Below are positions 25,934 through 36,444 of a stretch of 59,605 nt of DNA, one piece after another (position 1 is the first letter of the stretch; each line of letters starts with the position of its first letter). Under the pieces are notes generated by a model that saw nothing but the letters and a program-made list of their open reading frames with translations, was not told the DNA's origin and made no database searches. The translations under genes and the position numbers were made by a program. The stretch comes from Gammaproteobacteria bacterium (GTDB taxonomy: Bacteria > Pseudomonadota > Gammaproteobacteria > Arenicellales > Poriferihabitantaceae), in assembly GCA_030590945.1 (NCBI GenBank), contig JAUVBY010000004.1, positions 1 to 59,605 of the forward strand, written 5' to 3'.

Positions 25934-27508
25934 ATGAACGCACACGTAGCAGATACACACGAACATCACGGCCCGGAAAAGGGCTTGATGCGCTGGATTA
26001 CCACCACTAACCATAAAGATATCGGTAGTTTATATTTATGGTTTTCACTGATCATGTTTTTGATCGGTGGCGTGATGGCACTGATTATTCGCGCCGAATT
26101 ATTTCAGCCCGGGTTGCAGTTTGTTGATCCACAGTTTTTTAATTCAATGACCACCATGCATGCGTTAATCATGATTTTTGGTGCCTTGATGCCTGCCTTT
26201 GTCGGGCTGGCGAACTGGATGATTCCGATGATGATTGGCGCGCCGGATATGGCTCTGCCGCGCATGAATAACTGGAGTTTCTGGATTTTACCTTTCGCAG
26301 GAACATTACTGGTTGCAACGCTATTTGTGGAAGGCGGTGCACCCGCATCCGGCTGGACCATGTATCCGCCGTTAGTCCTGCAAACGGGTGCAGCATTTCC
26401 AATGTTGATTTTTTCGGTTCACCTGCTGGGTTTTTCATCCATTATGGGCTCGATCAATATCATTGCGACGATCATGAACCTGCGTGCGCCGGGCATGACT
26501 TACATGAAAATGCCTTTGTTCGTCTGGACCTGGTTCATTACCGCCTATTTGCTCATCGCAACCATGCCGGTTTTGGCGGGCGCGGTAACCATGTTGTTAA
26601 CCGATAAATATTTCGCCACCAGTTTCTTCGACGCTGCAGGCGGTGGTGATCCGGTTATGTTCCAGCATATTTTCTGGTTCTTCGGGCATCCTGAAGTGTA
26701 TATCCTGATTCTGCCTGCTTTTGGTATTGTCTCGCAGATCATTCCGACTTTTGCGCGTAAGCCGCTATTTGGTTATAGCTCAATGGTTTATGCTACGGCG
26801 TCGATCGCTTTTTTATCCTTTATCGTGTGGGCGCACCACATGTTTACTGTGGGCATGCCGGTCGCCGCCGAGTTGTTCTTTATGATGGCCACTATGTTGA
26901 TCGCGGTTCCGACGGGCGTTAAGGTGTTCAACTGGGTTTCCACTATGTGGCGTGGTTCCATGACCTTTGAAACACCGATGTTGTTCGCTATCGGTTTCGT
27001 AATGATGTTTACCATCGGTGGATTTTCTGGTCTGATGATGGCCATGACGCCGATCGACTTCCAGTATCATGACACGTATTTCATCGTAGCACATTTTCAC
27101 TATGTACTGGTTCCGGGCGCAATCTTCTCCGTGATGGCGGCAGTATACTACTGGCTGCCAAAATGGACGGGCAATATGTATGACGAAAGCCTGGGTAAGT
27201 TTCATTTCTGGATATCGACTATATTTGTGAACATCCTGTTCTTCCCGCAGCATTTTGTGGGTCTCGCGGGTATGCCGCGCCGTATTCCGGACTACTCTGT
27301 GCAATTTACCGATTTCAACATGATCTCAACTGTCGGCGCGTTCGGTTTTGGCCTGAGCCAGTTATTATTCGTTTATATCATCATCAAAACGGTTCGCGGT
27401 GGTGAAAAGGCAACGGATCAGGTATGGGAAGGTGCCGAAGGCCTGGAGTGGACGCTCAGCTCCCCTCCGGAGTACCATACGTTTACGGTTCAGCCCGACG
27501 TTAAGTAA
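25934..27508 (+). CDS. coxA: Cytochrome c oxidase subunit I (A1 type)
   Basis: TNHKDIG, FGHPEVY, VWAHHMF, VAHFHY. Confidence 0.98.
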   Translation: MNAHVADTHEHHGPEKGLMRWITTTNHKDIGSLYLWFSLIMFLIGGVMALIIRAELFQPGLQFVDPQFFNSMTTMHALIMIFGALMPAFVGLANWMIPMMIGAPDMALPRMNNWSFWILPFAGTLLVATLFVEGGAPASGWTMYPPLVLQTGAAFPMLIFSVHLLGFSSIMGSINIIATIMNLRAPGMTYMKMPLFVWTWFITAYLLIATMPVLAGAVTMLLTDKYFATSFFDAAGGGDPVMFQHIFWFFGHPEVYILILPAFGIVSQIIPTFARKPLFGYSSMVYATASIAFLSFIVWAHHMFTVGMPVAAELFFMMATMLIAVPTGVKVFNWVSTMWRGSMTFETPMLFAIGFVMMFTIGGFSGLMMAMTPIDFQYHDTYFIVAHFHYVLVPGAIFSVMAAVYYWLPKWTGNMYDESLGKFHFWISTIFVNILFFPQHFVGLAGMPRRIPDYSVQFTDFNMISTVGAFGFGLSQLLFVYIIIKTVRGGEKATDQVWEGAEGLEWTLSSPPEYHTFTVQPDVK

Positions 27509-27558
27509 GGCTAAATAATCGGGTGCCTGGAAGAAAAGTACCCGATAATTAGATCAGC

Positions 27559-27663
27559 ATGAATACACAACAGAAAATTAAACTTACTGCCATTGCCCTG
27601 GCGATTTTAGTCGCGGGTATTCTGGCGACATTTTTCTACCTGGTTACGACCAACATTCAGTAA
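27559..27663 (+). CDS. 34-aa single-TM small protein (cytochrome oxidase small assembly-type)
   Basis: MNTQQKIKLTAIALAILVAGILATFFYLVTTNIQ*; stop is 2 nt before ctaG; not in the ORF track. Confidence 0.7.
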   Translation: MNTQQKIKLTAIALAILVAGILATFFYLVTTNIQ

Positions 27664-27665
27664 AT

Positions 27666-28187
27666 ATGAAAACGCAGCGCAATCTACTTAAGTTGTTTAT
27701 GATTCCCGTGCTGATGTTTGGTTTTGGTTACCTTATGGTGCCCATATACGATGTGTTCTGCGATCTTACCGGTATCAATGGCAAAACAGGCTCGATCACA
27801 GTCGCCGAAGCGTCGCAACAGAAAAAGGTAGAGGAGCGCCTGATCAAGGTCGAATTTGTATCCAGCGTGAATGAGCTGGGCCCCTGGGAATTTAAACCGG
27901 ATCAGTTCAGTATGATGGTCCATCCCGGTCAGGCTTATCACGCGACGTACACAGCTAAAAATCTGCTTGATAAAGACGCGATCAGTCAATCGGTACCGAG
28001 TGTCGCGCCGTCCAAGGCAGCCGAGCATTTTAATAAAACTGAATGTTTTTGTTTTACCGAGCAGGCATTCAAAGCAAACGAAGAACGAACCATGCCCCTG
28101 ACATTCATCATTGATCCGGACGTGCCGGACGATGTGGATACGGTCACGTTGTCGTATACCCTATTTACAAAATCTATTAAAAGTTAA
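27666..28187 (+). CDS. ctaG: Cytochrome c oxidase assembly protein CtaG/Cox11
   Basis: VPIYDVFCDLTGING, KTECFCF. Confidence 0.96.
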   Translation: MKTQRNLLKLFMIPVLMFGFGYLMVPIYDVFCDLTGINGKTGSITVAEASQQKKVEERLIKVEFVSSVNELGPWEFKPDQFSMMVHPGQAYHATYTAKNLLDKDAISQSVPSVAPSKAAEHFNKTECFCFTEQAFKANEERTMPLTFIIDPDVPDDVDTVTLSYTLFTKSIKS

Positions 28188-28205
28188 TTTTACAGCGAGG
28201 AAATC

Positions 28206-29072
28206 ATGTCCAATACAGCAGGCAATCATTATTACGTTCCTAACGGCACCAAGTGGCCGTTTATCGGGTCTGTCGGCCTGACCACGCTTATAGTGGGTTT
28301 CATAAATCTACTTAACGGCAGCGAAAATGGTAAATATGTCATGATCGTGGGCGCGTTGATCCTGACCTATATGCTGTTTGGCTGGTTTGGCCAGGTGATT
28401 GAGGAGAGCGAGAATAGTACCTATGGTGCGTGGGAAGATAAATCGTTTCGTCTGGGCATGAGCTGGTTTATATTCTCGGAAGTCATGTTCTTTGCAGCCT
28501 TTTTTGGCGCTTTGTTTTATGCGCGTGTCCTGTCTGTGCCATGGCTGGGCGGCGCGGGCGATGATGCCGATACCAACCGGATGTTATGGGAAGGTTTTCA
28601 GGCAGTCTGGCCCACCAATGGCCCGGGTGAACTAGGTGGTGAATATGAGGTTATGGCTGCGTGGGGTTTGCCCGCCTTGAATACGCTAATTCTGTTAACC
28701 TCAGGTGTGACGGTTACCTGGGCACATCACGCGCTCAAAAAAGATAACCGCAAGCATCTGATCATAGGTTTGGCGTTGACCGTCGCCCTCGGTTTCCTGT
28801 TCGTTTTCCTGCAGGCCATTGAATATAAAGAAGCTTACCATACCGGTTTAACGCTGGGCTCGGGTATCTATGGTTCGACCTTTTTCATGCTCACTGGTTT
28901 TCACGGTTTACACGTGACGCTGGGTGCGATTATGTTAACCGTAATGCTGGTTCGTTCAATGCGTGGACACTTCACATCAAAAAATCATTTTGCATTTGAA
29001 GCGGCTGCCTGGTACTGGCACTTTGTTGACGTGGTCTGGCTGGGGCTGTTTATTTTCGTTTACTGGTTGTAA
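28206..29072 (+). CDS. coxC: Cytochrome c oxidase subunit III
   Basis: FIFSEVMFF, TGFHGLHV, AWYWHFVDVVW. Confidence 0.97.
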   Translation: MSNTAGNHYYVPNGTKWPFIGSVGLTTLIVGFINLLNGSENGKYVMIVGALILTYMLFGWFGQVIEESENSTYGAWEDKSFRLGMSWFIFSEVMFFAAFFGALFYARVLSVPWLGGAGDDADTNRMLWEGFQAVWPTNGPGELGGEYEVMAAWGLPALNTLILLTSGVTVTWAHHALKKDNRKHLIIGLALTVALGFLFVFLQAIEYKEAYHTGLTLGSGIYGSTFFMLTGFHGLHVTLGAIMLTVMLVRSMRGHFTSKNHFAFEAAAWYWHFVDVVWLGLFIFVYWL

Positions 29073-29090
29073 GCGCACATAGCCAGGATG

Positions 29091-29123
29091 AAAAAGCGCT
29101 ACTGTCATGGTAGCGTTTTTTTT
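29091..29123. terminator. Rho-independent terminator after coxC
   Basis: AAAAAGCGCTAC-TGTCATG-GTAGCGTTTTTTTT. Confidence 0.8.
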
Positions 29124-29168
29124 GAGCTTTTAAAGATAGAGTATTTATGTGTACGACTGTTCGGAATA

Positions 29169-29253
29169 AACGTCATTCCCGTGTAGACGGGAATCTATAA
29201 CCCTGTCACTAATGGCGTTATGGATACCCGCCTTCGCGGGTAAGACGGACAGT
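29169..29253 (+). repeat. 85-bp REP doublet, copy 2
   Basis: AACGTCATTCCCGTGTAGACGGGAATCTA...TGGATACCCGCCTTCGCGGGTAAGACGG. Confidence 0.9.
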
Positions 29254-29286
29254 CGTCGTTTGCAGGTCTTGTTGTACAGCCGAAGA

Positions 29287-29502
29287 TTAATAAGGTAAAT
29301 TGGCGTTTGGTTCAATAATCCCGAGTTTGGCGCTAATCATTATAAGTACAAAGATGAGTATAGATAGACCCACGCGTACTGCAAGCGCTTTTACCACGCG
29401 GGTAGAGTCGGCATCATCCTTGTTAAGTCGGTATAGTGCAGTAAACAGGCTGACGACGACAAAAATTAACAACAGTACAATAATTAGTTTAAACAATAGC
29501 AT
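29287..29502 (-). CDS. Twin transmembrane helix small protein (DUF2909/HIG1-like)
   Basis: SLFTALYRL...VKALAVRVGLS; usual position between coxC and SURF1. Confidence 0.88.
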   Translation of the reverse strand: MLLFKLIIVLLLIFVVVSLFTALYRLNKDDADSTRVVKALAVRVGLSILIFVLIMISAKLGIIEPNANLPY

Positions 29503-29513
29503 TCGAAATATCA

Positions 29514-30212
29514 GTGAGCTCAGTAAGAAAAAATACAGCCTTGATTATACTTTATGTGCTGGGCCTAAGTTTGTTGTCTGGCCTGTCACTTTGGCAATAT
29601 CAACGAGGTATTGAAAAACAGGAAATTGCAGCAATCGCCGCAAACACGAACGAGCTCATTGTGTCTGAGACTCCGCTTGACTGGGGAGATTATGTATATC
29701 GCCAGAGTTTGATTAAAGGGCAGTGGTCAGGCTCGAGGTCATTTATTCTGGAAAATAGAATCTACAGGCAGCGCGTTGGTTTTGAAGTACTGACGCCTTT
29801 TAAATTGTCCGGCGATAATGCCTGGGTGCTGGTCAATCGAGGTTGGGTCGCTACAGCAGAAGAGGCGAGCTCACCGCTTATTCCCGGGCCGACCCGGCTG
29901 GCCGGTGTGTTATATCTTCCTGAAAAGGGCGTGGCGCTTGGCGATTCGATCCTGCCGGACGCGCTAAAATCAGAGCAATGGCCAAAGAAAAGTCTGTATA
30001 TTGATCTGCCGGTTTTTTCTAAAGTTTTGGGTAAAGAACTGGTGCCTGCTATGCTGGTACTAAAAGAAGCTGATCCAGCTTCTTTTGTACATATCTGGAA
30101 AGCGGCGGTAATGCCCGCAGCGAAACACTTTGGCTATGCGGTCCAATGGTTGGGCCTGGCCATTACTTTTTTAATCTACGGCGTGATCTGGTACAGACGG
30201 CGCGCAAAATAA
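29514..30212 (+). CDS. SURF1 family protein
   Basis: WQYQRG, VLVNRGWV, HFGYAVQW. Confidence 0.93.
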   Translation: MSSVRKNTALIILYVLGLSLLSGLSLWQYQRGIEKQEIAAIAANTNELIVSETPLDWGDYVYRQSLIKGQWSGSRSFILENRIYRQRVGFEVLTPFKLSGDNAWVLVNRGWVATAEEASSPLIPGPTRLAGVLYLPEKGVALGDSILPDALKSEQWPKKSLYIDLPVFSKVLGKELVPAMLVLKEADPASFVHIWKAAVMPAAKHFGYAVQWLGLAITFLIYGVIWYRRRAK

Positions 30213-30227
30213 CATTTTTAAAATTCT

Positions 30228-30827
30228 ATGTCAGACGCAAAAAACAAACGAAAACTTCTTACCATTATTGCCTGGTTTTTTATCCCGTTGGCGATCGCTT
30301 TTACCTGGTACAAGCTATTGCCCGAGGATTATCGCCCGGCAAGCATGACCAACAGCGGGCAGTTGCTCGACCCGGTATTTACCCTGACGGAGTTTAATTA
30401 TCAGACGATCAACGATGAGGCCTTCGTCAATAAGGACGTAGAGAAAGTATGGACCCTGTTACATTTCATCGAAGGCAAATGTGATGCAGCCTGCAGCGAA
30501 TCGCTGTATAACACGCGACAGATGCGCGTTTCCTTTGGCAAGGATATTGATCGCATTGATCGTGTGGCGGTAGTCAGTGGCGCTGTAAAGGGAGAGTCCA
30601 ACCTGAAAATGTGGGCTTCGCACCCGGATCTTTTGGTCTTGCTCGCTACGAATAAAGGAATAGGCGAGCAAATAGAGCGCCAGGTTGAGGGATTTGGCCG
30701 TTCGAGTAATGCCGTCTACCTGCTTGACCCGCTGGGCAATGTGGTGATGCGTTTCCCGGCGTCGCTGGAGGTAAAGCTAATGAAAAAGGACATTAAAAAA
30801 CTACTCAAGCTTTCACATATAGGTTGA
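30228..30827 (+). CDS. SCO-like/thioredoxin-fold cytochrome oxidase assembly protein
   Basis: N-terminal TM, CDAAC, LLDPLGNVVMRF, DIKKLLKLSHIG. Confidence 0.8.
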   Translation: MSDAKNKRKLLTIIAWFFIPLAIAFTWYKLLPEDYRPASMTNSGQLLDPVFTLTEFNYQTINDEAFVNKDVEKVWTLLHFIEGKCDAACSESLYNTRQMRVSFGKDIDRIDRVAVVSGAVKGESNLKMWASHPDLLVLLATNKGIGEQIERQVEGFGRSSNAVYLLDPLGNVVMRFPASLEVKLMKKDIKKLLKLSHIG

Positions 30828-30846
30828 TTCACCTTTTCTCCGTTAC

Positions 30847-31569
30847 CTAAGGCGTAACAGGCAAGGTCTGAATGGTTTTTAGTATCCATTCTTCAGCCAG
30901 CTGATTAAGCTCTCTGGCCTTGCGACCTTTACTTTCAATCACCGGGCCAATGACAACTTCAACCATGCCGGGTTTTTTGTTGAACGAATTTCGTTTGCTC
31001 CAGAATACACCGGCGTTGTGTGCAACCGGAACGATAGGCGCTGCAGTTTTGCTGGCGATAAACGCACCGCCTGCCTGGAATGTGCCTGGCTGGCCAACCG
31101 GTCGTCGTGTACCCTCCGGGAAAATGATAATCCAACGCCCGCTTTTCAGTCGTTCTTTGCCCTGAGAAATAAGTTGCTGCAGCGCCTGAGTTTTTTTAGC
31201 GCGGTTTATCGCAATGGGTTCATTGGCCGCCAGGCCCCATCCGAAAAATGGAATCCACAACAATTCCTTTTTGAGCAAATACGATTGTGCGGGGAAAATT
31301 TTCTGGAAGATAATGGTCTCCCAGGCCGACTGATGGTTTGAGATAACCACCGCGGGTTTATCCGGCAGGTTTTCCAGGCCGCTAATATGAAAATCAATGC
31401 GGCAACAGATTTTAAGCCACCAGCGTATAAAGCCCGCCCAGATGCCGATAAATTGGGCTTTTTGCAGCGAGCTTAGAAACGGGGATAAAACCAGTGCCAC
31501 GGGTGAGAACAGTATGGTCGAAATCACCTGGCCGATTACGAACGCGATGTTACCGATAAATTGTCTCAT
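30847..31569 (-). CDS. plsC: 1-acyl-sn-glycerol-3-phosphate acyltransferase
   Basis: NHQSAWET, FPEGTR. Confidence 0.9.
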   Translation of the reverse strand: MRQFIGNIAFVIGQVISTILFSPVALVLSPFLSSLQKAQFIGIWAGFIRWWLKICCRIDFHISGLENLPDKPAVVISNHQSAWETIIFQKIFPAQSYLLKKELLWIPFFGWGLAANEPIAINRAKKTQALQQLISQGKERLKSGRWIIIFPEGTRRPVGQPGTFQAGGAFIASKTAAPIVPVAHNAGVFWSKRNSFNKKPGMVEVVIGPVIESKGRKARELNQLAEEWILKTIQTLPVTP

Positions 31570-31589
31570 AATTATTGGTGTCCGAATAC

Positions 31590-31674
31590 AACGTCATTCC
31601 CGCGAAGGCGGGAATCTATAAGCCTGTCTTTAACTGTATTATGAATCCCCGCCTTCGCGGGGAAGACGTCATTC
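31590..31674 (+). repeat. 85-bp REP doublet, copy 3
   Basis: AACGTCATTCCCGCGAAGGCGGGAATCTA...CCCCGCCTTCGCGGGGAAGACG. Confidence 0.9.
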
Positions 31675-31710
31675 GCATGCGCGGGTACGATGAACGAAGC
31701 TTGTTAGGGC

Positions 31711-32265
31711 TCATGGTAGAAGTTGATCCACAAATGACGCGAGGTCATTATATATCGGGACGTGATGTAATGGGTCGTCCTCAGGCAGCGCGATCAGGCT
31801 CTTCTCACTTTGTTCCCCTTTTCCGGTTCTGACCAGTACGCTACGTGCGCCCGAATCGCGTGTCGCTTCGAGATCACGTACTGAATCTCCTACCGAGTAG
31901 ATCTCGTCGAGATTGACATTAAATTCTTCGGCAAACTGATTGAACAGTCCCGGCAGCGGCTTTCGACAGGCACAGTGATCATCGGGCCCATGGGGGCAAA
32001 AATAAATGCGTTCTATCCGGCCACCTTTTTGTTTAAGCAAGGTTTTAAACTTGTGGTGAATGGCGTTTAGGGTATTGAGGTCAAACAATCCACGCGCGAG
32101 CCCGGACTGATTGCTTATGACGACGATACGATAAGCTTGTGCATTGAGCGCAGCGATGGCTTCCAGACTGCCCGGGAGCGGGCGCCATTCCTCAGGAGAT
32201 TTTATAAATTCGTCAGAATCATAATTGATGACGCCGTCGCGGTCGAGAATAAGCCACTTATCCAT
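31711..32265 (-). CDS. gmhB: D-glycero-D-manno-heptose 1,7-bisphosphate phosphatase
   Basis: LDRDGVIN, NQSG, CPHGPDDHCACRKP, VGDS. Confidence 0.93.
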   Translation of the reverse strand: MDKWLILDRDGVINYDSDEFIKSPEEWRPLPGSLEAIAALNAQAYRIVVISNQSGLARGLFDLNTLNAIHHKFKTLLKQKGGRIERIYFCPHGPDDHCACRKPLPGLFNQFAEEFNVNLDEIYSVGDSVRDLEATRDSGARSVLVRTGKGEQSEKSLIALPEDDPLHHVPIYNDLASFVDQLLP

Positions 32266-32620
32266 CAGTGGTGTTTTCAGGGTCGCTAAAGGCCCCTGAT
32301 ACGCGAATACGCCCGTCCACCATGCGGCTCGGACGTTGCAGGATCTTGTCCATTTTCAGCCAGAAGGCGTCATTAAGATCAAAATCCGCGGCAATAGCAT
32401 TGCCCAGTAGCAGGATTAACAGGTCGGCACATTCTTCGGCCAGTTCCTCCTTGCTTCTACCCTTGGTCACCGCTTCGGAGATTTCACCAAGCTCTTCGGT
32501 CATCAGTGCGACGCGGTACACCATGTCCTCACCGCCGTTTTCATTAAAGCGATGTTTATCGTGAAAAGACTGCACGATATCCATCATCGCCTGCCAATCG
32601 TATTTTTCCGGATCAGGCAT
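32258..32620 (-). CDS. MazG-like nucleotide pyrophosphohydrolase
   Basis: EELGE...LAEECADL motif. Confidence 0.85.
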   Translation of the reverse strand: MPDPEKYDWQAMMDIVQSFHDKHRFNENGGEDMVYRVALMTEELGEISEAVTKGRSKEELAEECADLLILLLGNAIAADFDLNDAFWLKMDKILQRPSRMVDGRIRVSGAFSDPENTTDG

Positions 32621-34712
32621 CTTTATCTACGTTCAGATGAGAGATGTCTGCGACCTGCAGGAATAAATCACGTAGCGCGCCGAGCAGGCCAAGGCGATTA
32701 TCGCGAATCGTTTCATCGTCGTCCATTACACGAACACTATCAAAGAATGTATCTACCGGTGATTGCAGTCTGGCCAGTTCAGCCAGTCCTTCCGCGTATT
32801 GCTGGTTCTCAAACGCTACGCGCGTGCTGTTTTGTAGTGATTCCAGGACGCAGGCTAATTGCTGTTCAGCGCTTTCGGTCAGCAGGCTGGAATCGTACTG
32901 GCGGGTTTCAGTGCCCTGTTTTTTCAGGATATTGGCAATACGTTTATTGGCGGCCGCCAATGCGGACGCGGCCGATTTTTCGGATTCAAAAAACGCGCTG
33001 ACGGCGCGAATTCGGCGATCAAAATCATACACGCGCGCGGGTTCGACCGCGGCCACAGCGTTGAAGGTATTCGCATCGAAATCCTGAGCATAATAGGCAC
33101 GCAGTCGGTCCAGGATGAACTTTTTAACCTCAGCTTGCTTATTCTGTGTGCTTAAAAGGTCGTTCGATCCAGCATCTTTGTATGCGTCAGCGGTAATATC
33201 GAGCAGATTTTGCAGCGGTATATCCAGTTGCTTTTCGATCAGTATTCGCAATACACCCAGCGCTGCACGACGCAGGGCATAGGGGTCTTTTACACCGCTG
33301 GGTTTTTCACCGGTAGCGAAAATCCCCACCAGGGCATCCAGTCTGTCCGCCAGCGCCAGCGCGATGGCTTCTTTGGATTCGGGCAGTTTATCGCCGGCAA
33401 ATTTGGGCCAGTAATGCTGTTCTATCGCATCTGCTACGACGCTGTCTTCGCCATCATGCAAGGCGTAATATCGGCCCATGCTGCCTTGCAGGCTGGCAAA
33501 TTCACCCACCATGTGGCTGACCAGATCAAGCTTACACAGGTGGGCAGCGCGTTGCGTAGCCGTGGTATCGGCGCCGATCAATTCAGCCAGCTGGCCGCTG
33601 ATATATTGCAGGCGCCGGGTTTTATCCGCCATTGAGCCCAGTTTGACGTGAAACAACAGGTCTTCAAGGCGTTCAGCGTTATCTTCAAGCGGGTGCGATC
33701 TATCCTGCTCCCAGAAGAACTGGCCATCTGACAAGCGTGCGTTTAATACGCGCTCGTTACCCGTGAGTACTTTCTCCGGGGCCGTACTTTCAATATTACT
33801 GACGGTGATAAATGCCGGGAGCAGTTCGCCCCCGGTACCCGTCAGATGAAAGTATTTCTGGTGATCTTTCATCGACGCAATCAGGGCTTCTCGAGGTACT
33901 TCAAGAAAGGCCGGGTCAAATTTCCCCAGCAATGATACCGGCCATTCTACCAGGCCGGTGACTTCATCGAGTAGCGCCGGGTCAAGTACAGCGGTTCCGC
34001 CGGCATCACTGGCAAGCGACTCGCATTGCTGTTTGATTCGCGCCTGGCGGGTGGAAAAATCGGCCAGCACATAACAGCGTCGCAGTTCATCGCTATAGTC
34101 ATCTGCGTGGTTAATTACGATAATGTCGCGGTGGTGAAATCGATGGCCTCGAGAGGTGTTGCTTGCGTCAAGACCCAGTGCAGTCAGTTCAAGAACGGTT
34201 TCCCCGTGCAGCGCAATCAGCCAGTGAACGGGGCGCACAAACTCAACACTTTTATCTCCCCAGCGCATGCGTTTGGGAATGGGCAATTGTTTGATGGCGG
34301 CGTCCAGGGCTTCCTGCGCGCATTCGCTGATCGATTTTCCGGCGATGGTTTGCTCGAACACCAGCCACTCACCCTGGTCGGTCTTGTCTCTGCCCAGGTC
34401 AGCCACGTCCACACCACAGGATTTCGCGAAGCCCTGAGCTGCGCGGGTGGGCTCTCCGTTGTTATCAAAGGCGGCCGCCACGGCGGGGCCTTTTCGCATT
34501 TGTGAAAAATCTTTCTGGGTGTCCGCGACTTCGCTCATCAAGACCGCTAAACGCCGGGGGCTTGCGTACGCCTTGATTTGTGTTTCCCCGGAGAATAAAC
34601 CAGCGGTACGAAGTGATTCGCTAAGTGTGCTGCTAAACGCATCGGATAGTTTTTTCAGCGCTTTGGGCGGCAATTCTTCGGTGCCCAGTTCAATGAGTAG
34701 CGACTGGTTCAT
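32613..34712 (-). CDS. glyS: Glycine-tRNA ligase beta subunit
   Basis: [35 protein letters not shown]. Confidence 0.98.
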   Translation of the reverse strand: MNQSLLIELGTEELPPKALKKLSDAFSSTLSESLRTAGLFSGETQIKAYASPRRLAVLMSEVADTQKDFSQMRKGPAVAAAFDNNGEPTRAAQGFAKSCGVDVADLGRDKTDQGEWLVFEQTIAGKSISECAQEALDAAIKQLPIPKRMRWGDKSVEFVRPVHWLIALHGETVLELTALGLDASNTSRGHRFHHRDIIVINHADDYSDELRRCYVLADFSTRQARIKQQCESLASDAGGTAVLDPALLDEVTGLVEWPVSLLGKFDPAFLEVPREALIASMKDHQKYFHLTGTGGELLPAFITVSNIESTAPEKVLTGNERVLNARLSDGQFFWEQDRSHPLEDNAERLEDLLFHVKLGSMADKTRRLQYISGQLAELIGADTTATQRAAHLCKLDLVSHMVGEFASLQGSMGRYYALHDGEDSVVADAIEQHYWPKFAGDKLPESKEAIALALADRLDALVGIFATGEKPSGVKDPYALRRAALGVLRILIEKQLDIPLQNLLDITADAYKDAGSNDLLSTQNKQAEVKKFILDRLRAYYAQDFDANTFNAVAAVEPARVYDFDRRIRAVSAFFESEKSAASALAAANKRIANILKKQGTETRQYDSSLLTESAEQQLACVLESLQNSTRVAFENQQYAEGLAELARLQSPVDTFFDSVRVMDDDETIRDNRLGLLGALRDLFLQVADISHLNVDKDA

Positions 34713-35587
34713 GCTGAAATCTCCCGGCCACGCGGGAAGCCCAGGGCTTCGCGACTCTCGTAGTAGGTTTTCGCCACCTGGCGTGATAAATTTCGTACGC
34801 GTCCGATAAAGCGCGCACGTTCGGTTACGCTGATCGCCTGGCGCGCGTCGAGTAAATTAAACAGGTGCGACGCTTTTAATATCTGTTCGTAGGCGGGTAG
34901 TGATACCTTATTTTCAATCGCCAGCAGGCAGGCTGTTTCAGCGGCATCAAATTGCCGAAATAGCTCGCTTACATTGGCCAGCTCAAAGTTGTATTTCGAT
35001 TGTTCGACTTCATTCTGGTGGAAAATGTCACCATAGCTATAACCATCCGTCCAGACCAGATCATAAACGCTATCGACGCCCTGAATGTACATCGCAATGC
35101 GTTCAAGGCCATAGGTGATCTCACCGGTCACCGGGCGGCATTCGAGCCCGCCAACCTGCTGAAAGTAGGTGAATTGTGTGACTTCCATGCCGTTTAGCCA
35201 AACCTCCCAACCCAGACCCCAGGCACCCAGTGTGGGTGAGTCCCAGTTATCTTCAACAAATCGCACGTCATTTTCCTGAAGATCCAGCCCCAACGCGCGC
35301 AAGGAATCGAGGTACAAATCCTGAATGTTGTCGGGAGAAGGTTTCAAAACCACCTGAAACTGATAGTAGTGTTGCAAGCGGTTCGGATTTTCACCGTAGC
35401 GCCCGTCTGTCGGGCGCCTGGAAGGCTGTACATAAGCCGCCTGCATTGGCTCGGGTCCGATGGAGTCCAGAAACGTCGCTCGATGAAACGTTCCCGCGCC
35501 AACTTCCATATCATAAGGCTGTAGCAGGATGCACCCCCGGTCAGCCCAGTATTGCTGCAGGGTCAGGATTATTTGCTGAAAAGTCAC
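34709..35587 (-). CDS. glyQ: Glycine-tRNA ligase alpha subunit
   Basis: [34 protein letters not shown]. Confidence 0.98.
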   Translation of the reverse strand: MTFQQIILTLQQYWADRGCILLQPYDMEVGAGTFHRATFLDSIGPEPMQAAYVQPSRRPTDGRYGENPNRLQHYYQFQVVLKPSPDNIQDLYLDSLRALGLDLQENDVRFVEDNWDSPTLGAWGLGWEVWLNGMEVTQFTYFQQVGGLECRPVTGEITYGLERIAMYIQGVDSVYDLVWTDGYSYGDIFHQNEVEQSKYNFELANVSELFRQFDAAETACLLAIENKVSLPAYEQILKASHLFNLLDARQAISVTERARFIGRVRNLSRQVAKTYYESREALGFPRGREISA

Positions 35588-35718
35588 AACACAATCTGTT
35601 TGAAATAAAGGGGTGGATTATAATGCCCTGCCTGTGATGCTGCAAAAATCATTGTAGGGATTGGTTGCGGTATTTATTCGTTTTTGCGGGTCATTCAAAA
35701 TTGAGAGAAAAGTTGCTT

Positions 35719-36324
35719 ATGAGGAAATTTCCATCGGTAGTGCTGCTGCTATTGAGCCTGTCGCTGATTGCTTGTGGCGGTGGCGGTTCATCCAGTTCAG
35801 GTGGCAGTAGTTCAGGTGCTGCAAGTGCTGAAGTTACTAAAATAGTCGCGCTCGGAGATTCCATTGGTGCGCGGGGTTTAAACTGGCCGACGGTGGTCGG
35901 ACAAATGTCCGGAGTCAGTGTTTCCAACTACAGTCGTGATAGTTTGAAAACCACCGATTTTGTCGGTCGGGTAGAGGGCATCCTGGCCAGAGAAAAGCCT
36001 TCTCATTTGTTGATTCTGTTAGGTACCAATGATGCCAGGAGTGGCTCAGTGAGTGGCGCGATTTCAAATCTTCAGGTGATGGTAAATATCGCTAATTCGG
36101 CGGGCGTAGTAGTGATAGTGGGAACGGTTCCTCCCAACTTCAGGAGTGCGGCGGAAGATTCCAGGGCGGCTTCAATCAGTTCGGGTATACGTAATTTGAG
36201 TGGCGCCAGGATCGCCAATGTGAGAGAGAATCTGGGTGGCAACAAGGCTTATTTTCCAGATGGTTTGCATCCCAACTCTGCGGGTTCTCGTATTATCGGT
36301 GCCGCGTTCAATGATCAGTTGTGA
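35719..36324 (+). CDS. SGNH/GDSL hydrolase lipoprotein
   Basis: LIAC lipobox, GDS, GTND, DGLHP. Confidence 0.9.
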   Translation: MRKFPSVVLLLLSLSLIACGGGGSSSSGGSSSGAASAEVTKIVALGDSIGARGLNWPTVVGQMSGVSVSNYSRDSLKTTDFVGRVEGILAREKPSHLLILLGTNDARSGSVSGAISNLQVMVNIANSAGVVVIVGTVPPNFRSAAEDSRAASISSGIRNLSGARIANVRENLGGNKAYFPDGLHPNSAGSRIIGAAFNDQL

Positions 36325-36444
36325 TTTTTCAGAGATATGGCAGCAGAGCATATACTTTAAGTTTGTTCAGGTCAGTTGGTCACCCTGCATTTAAATCCGC
36401 TCTTATTCACTATCTGTAATGAGCGAATGTAATAAAATACGCCG

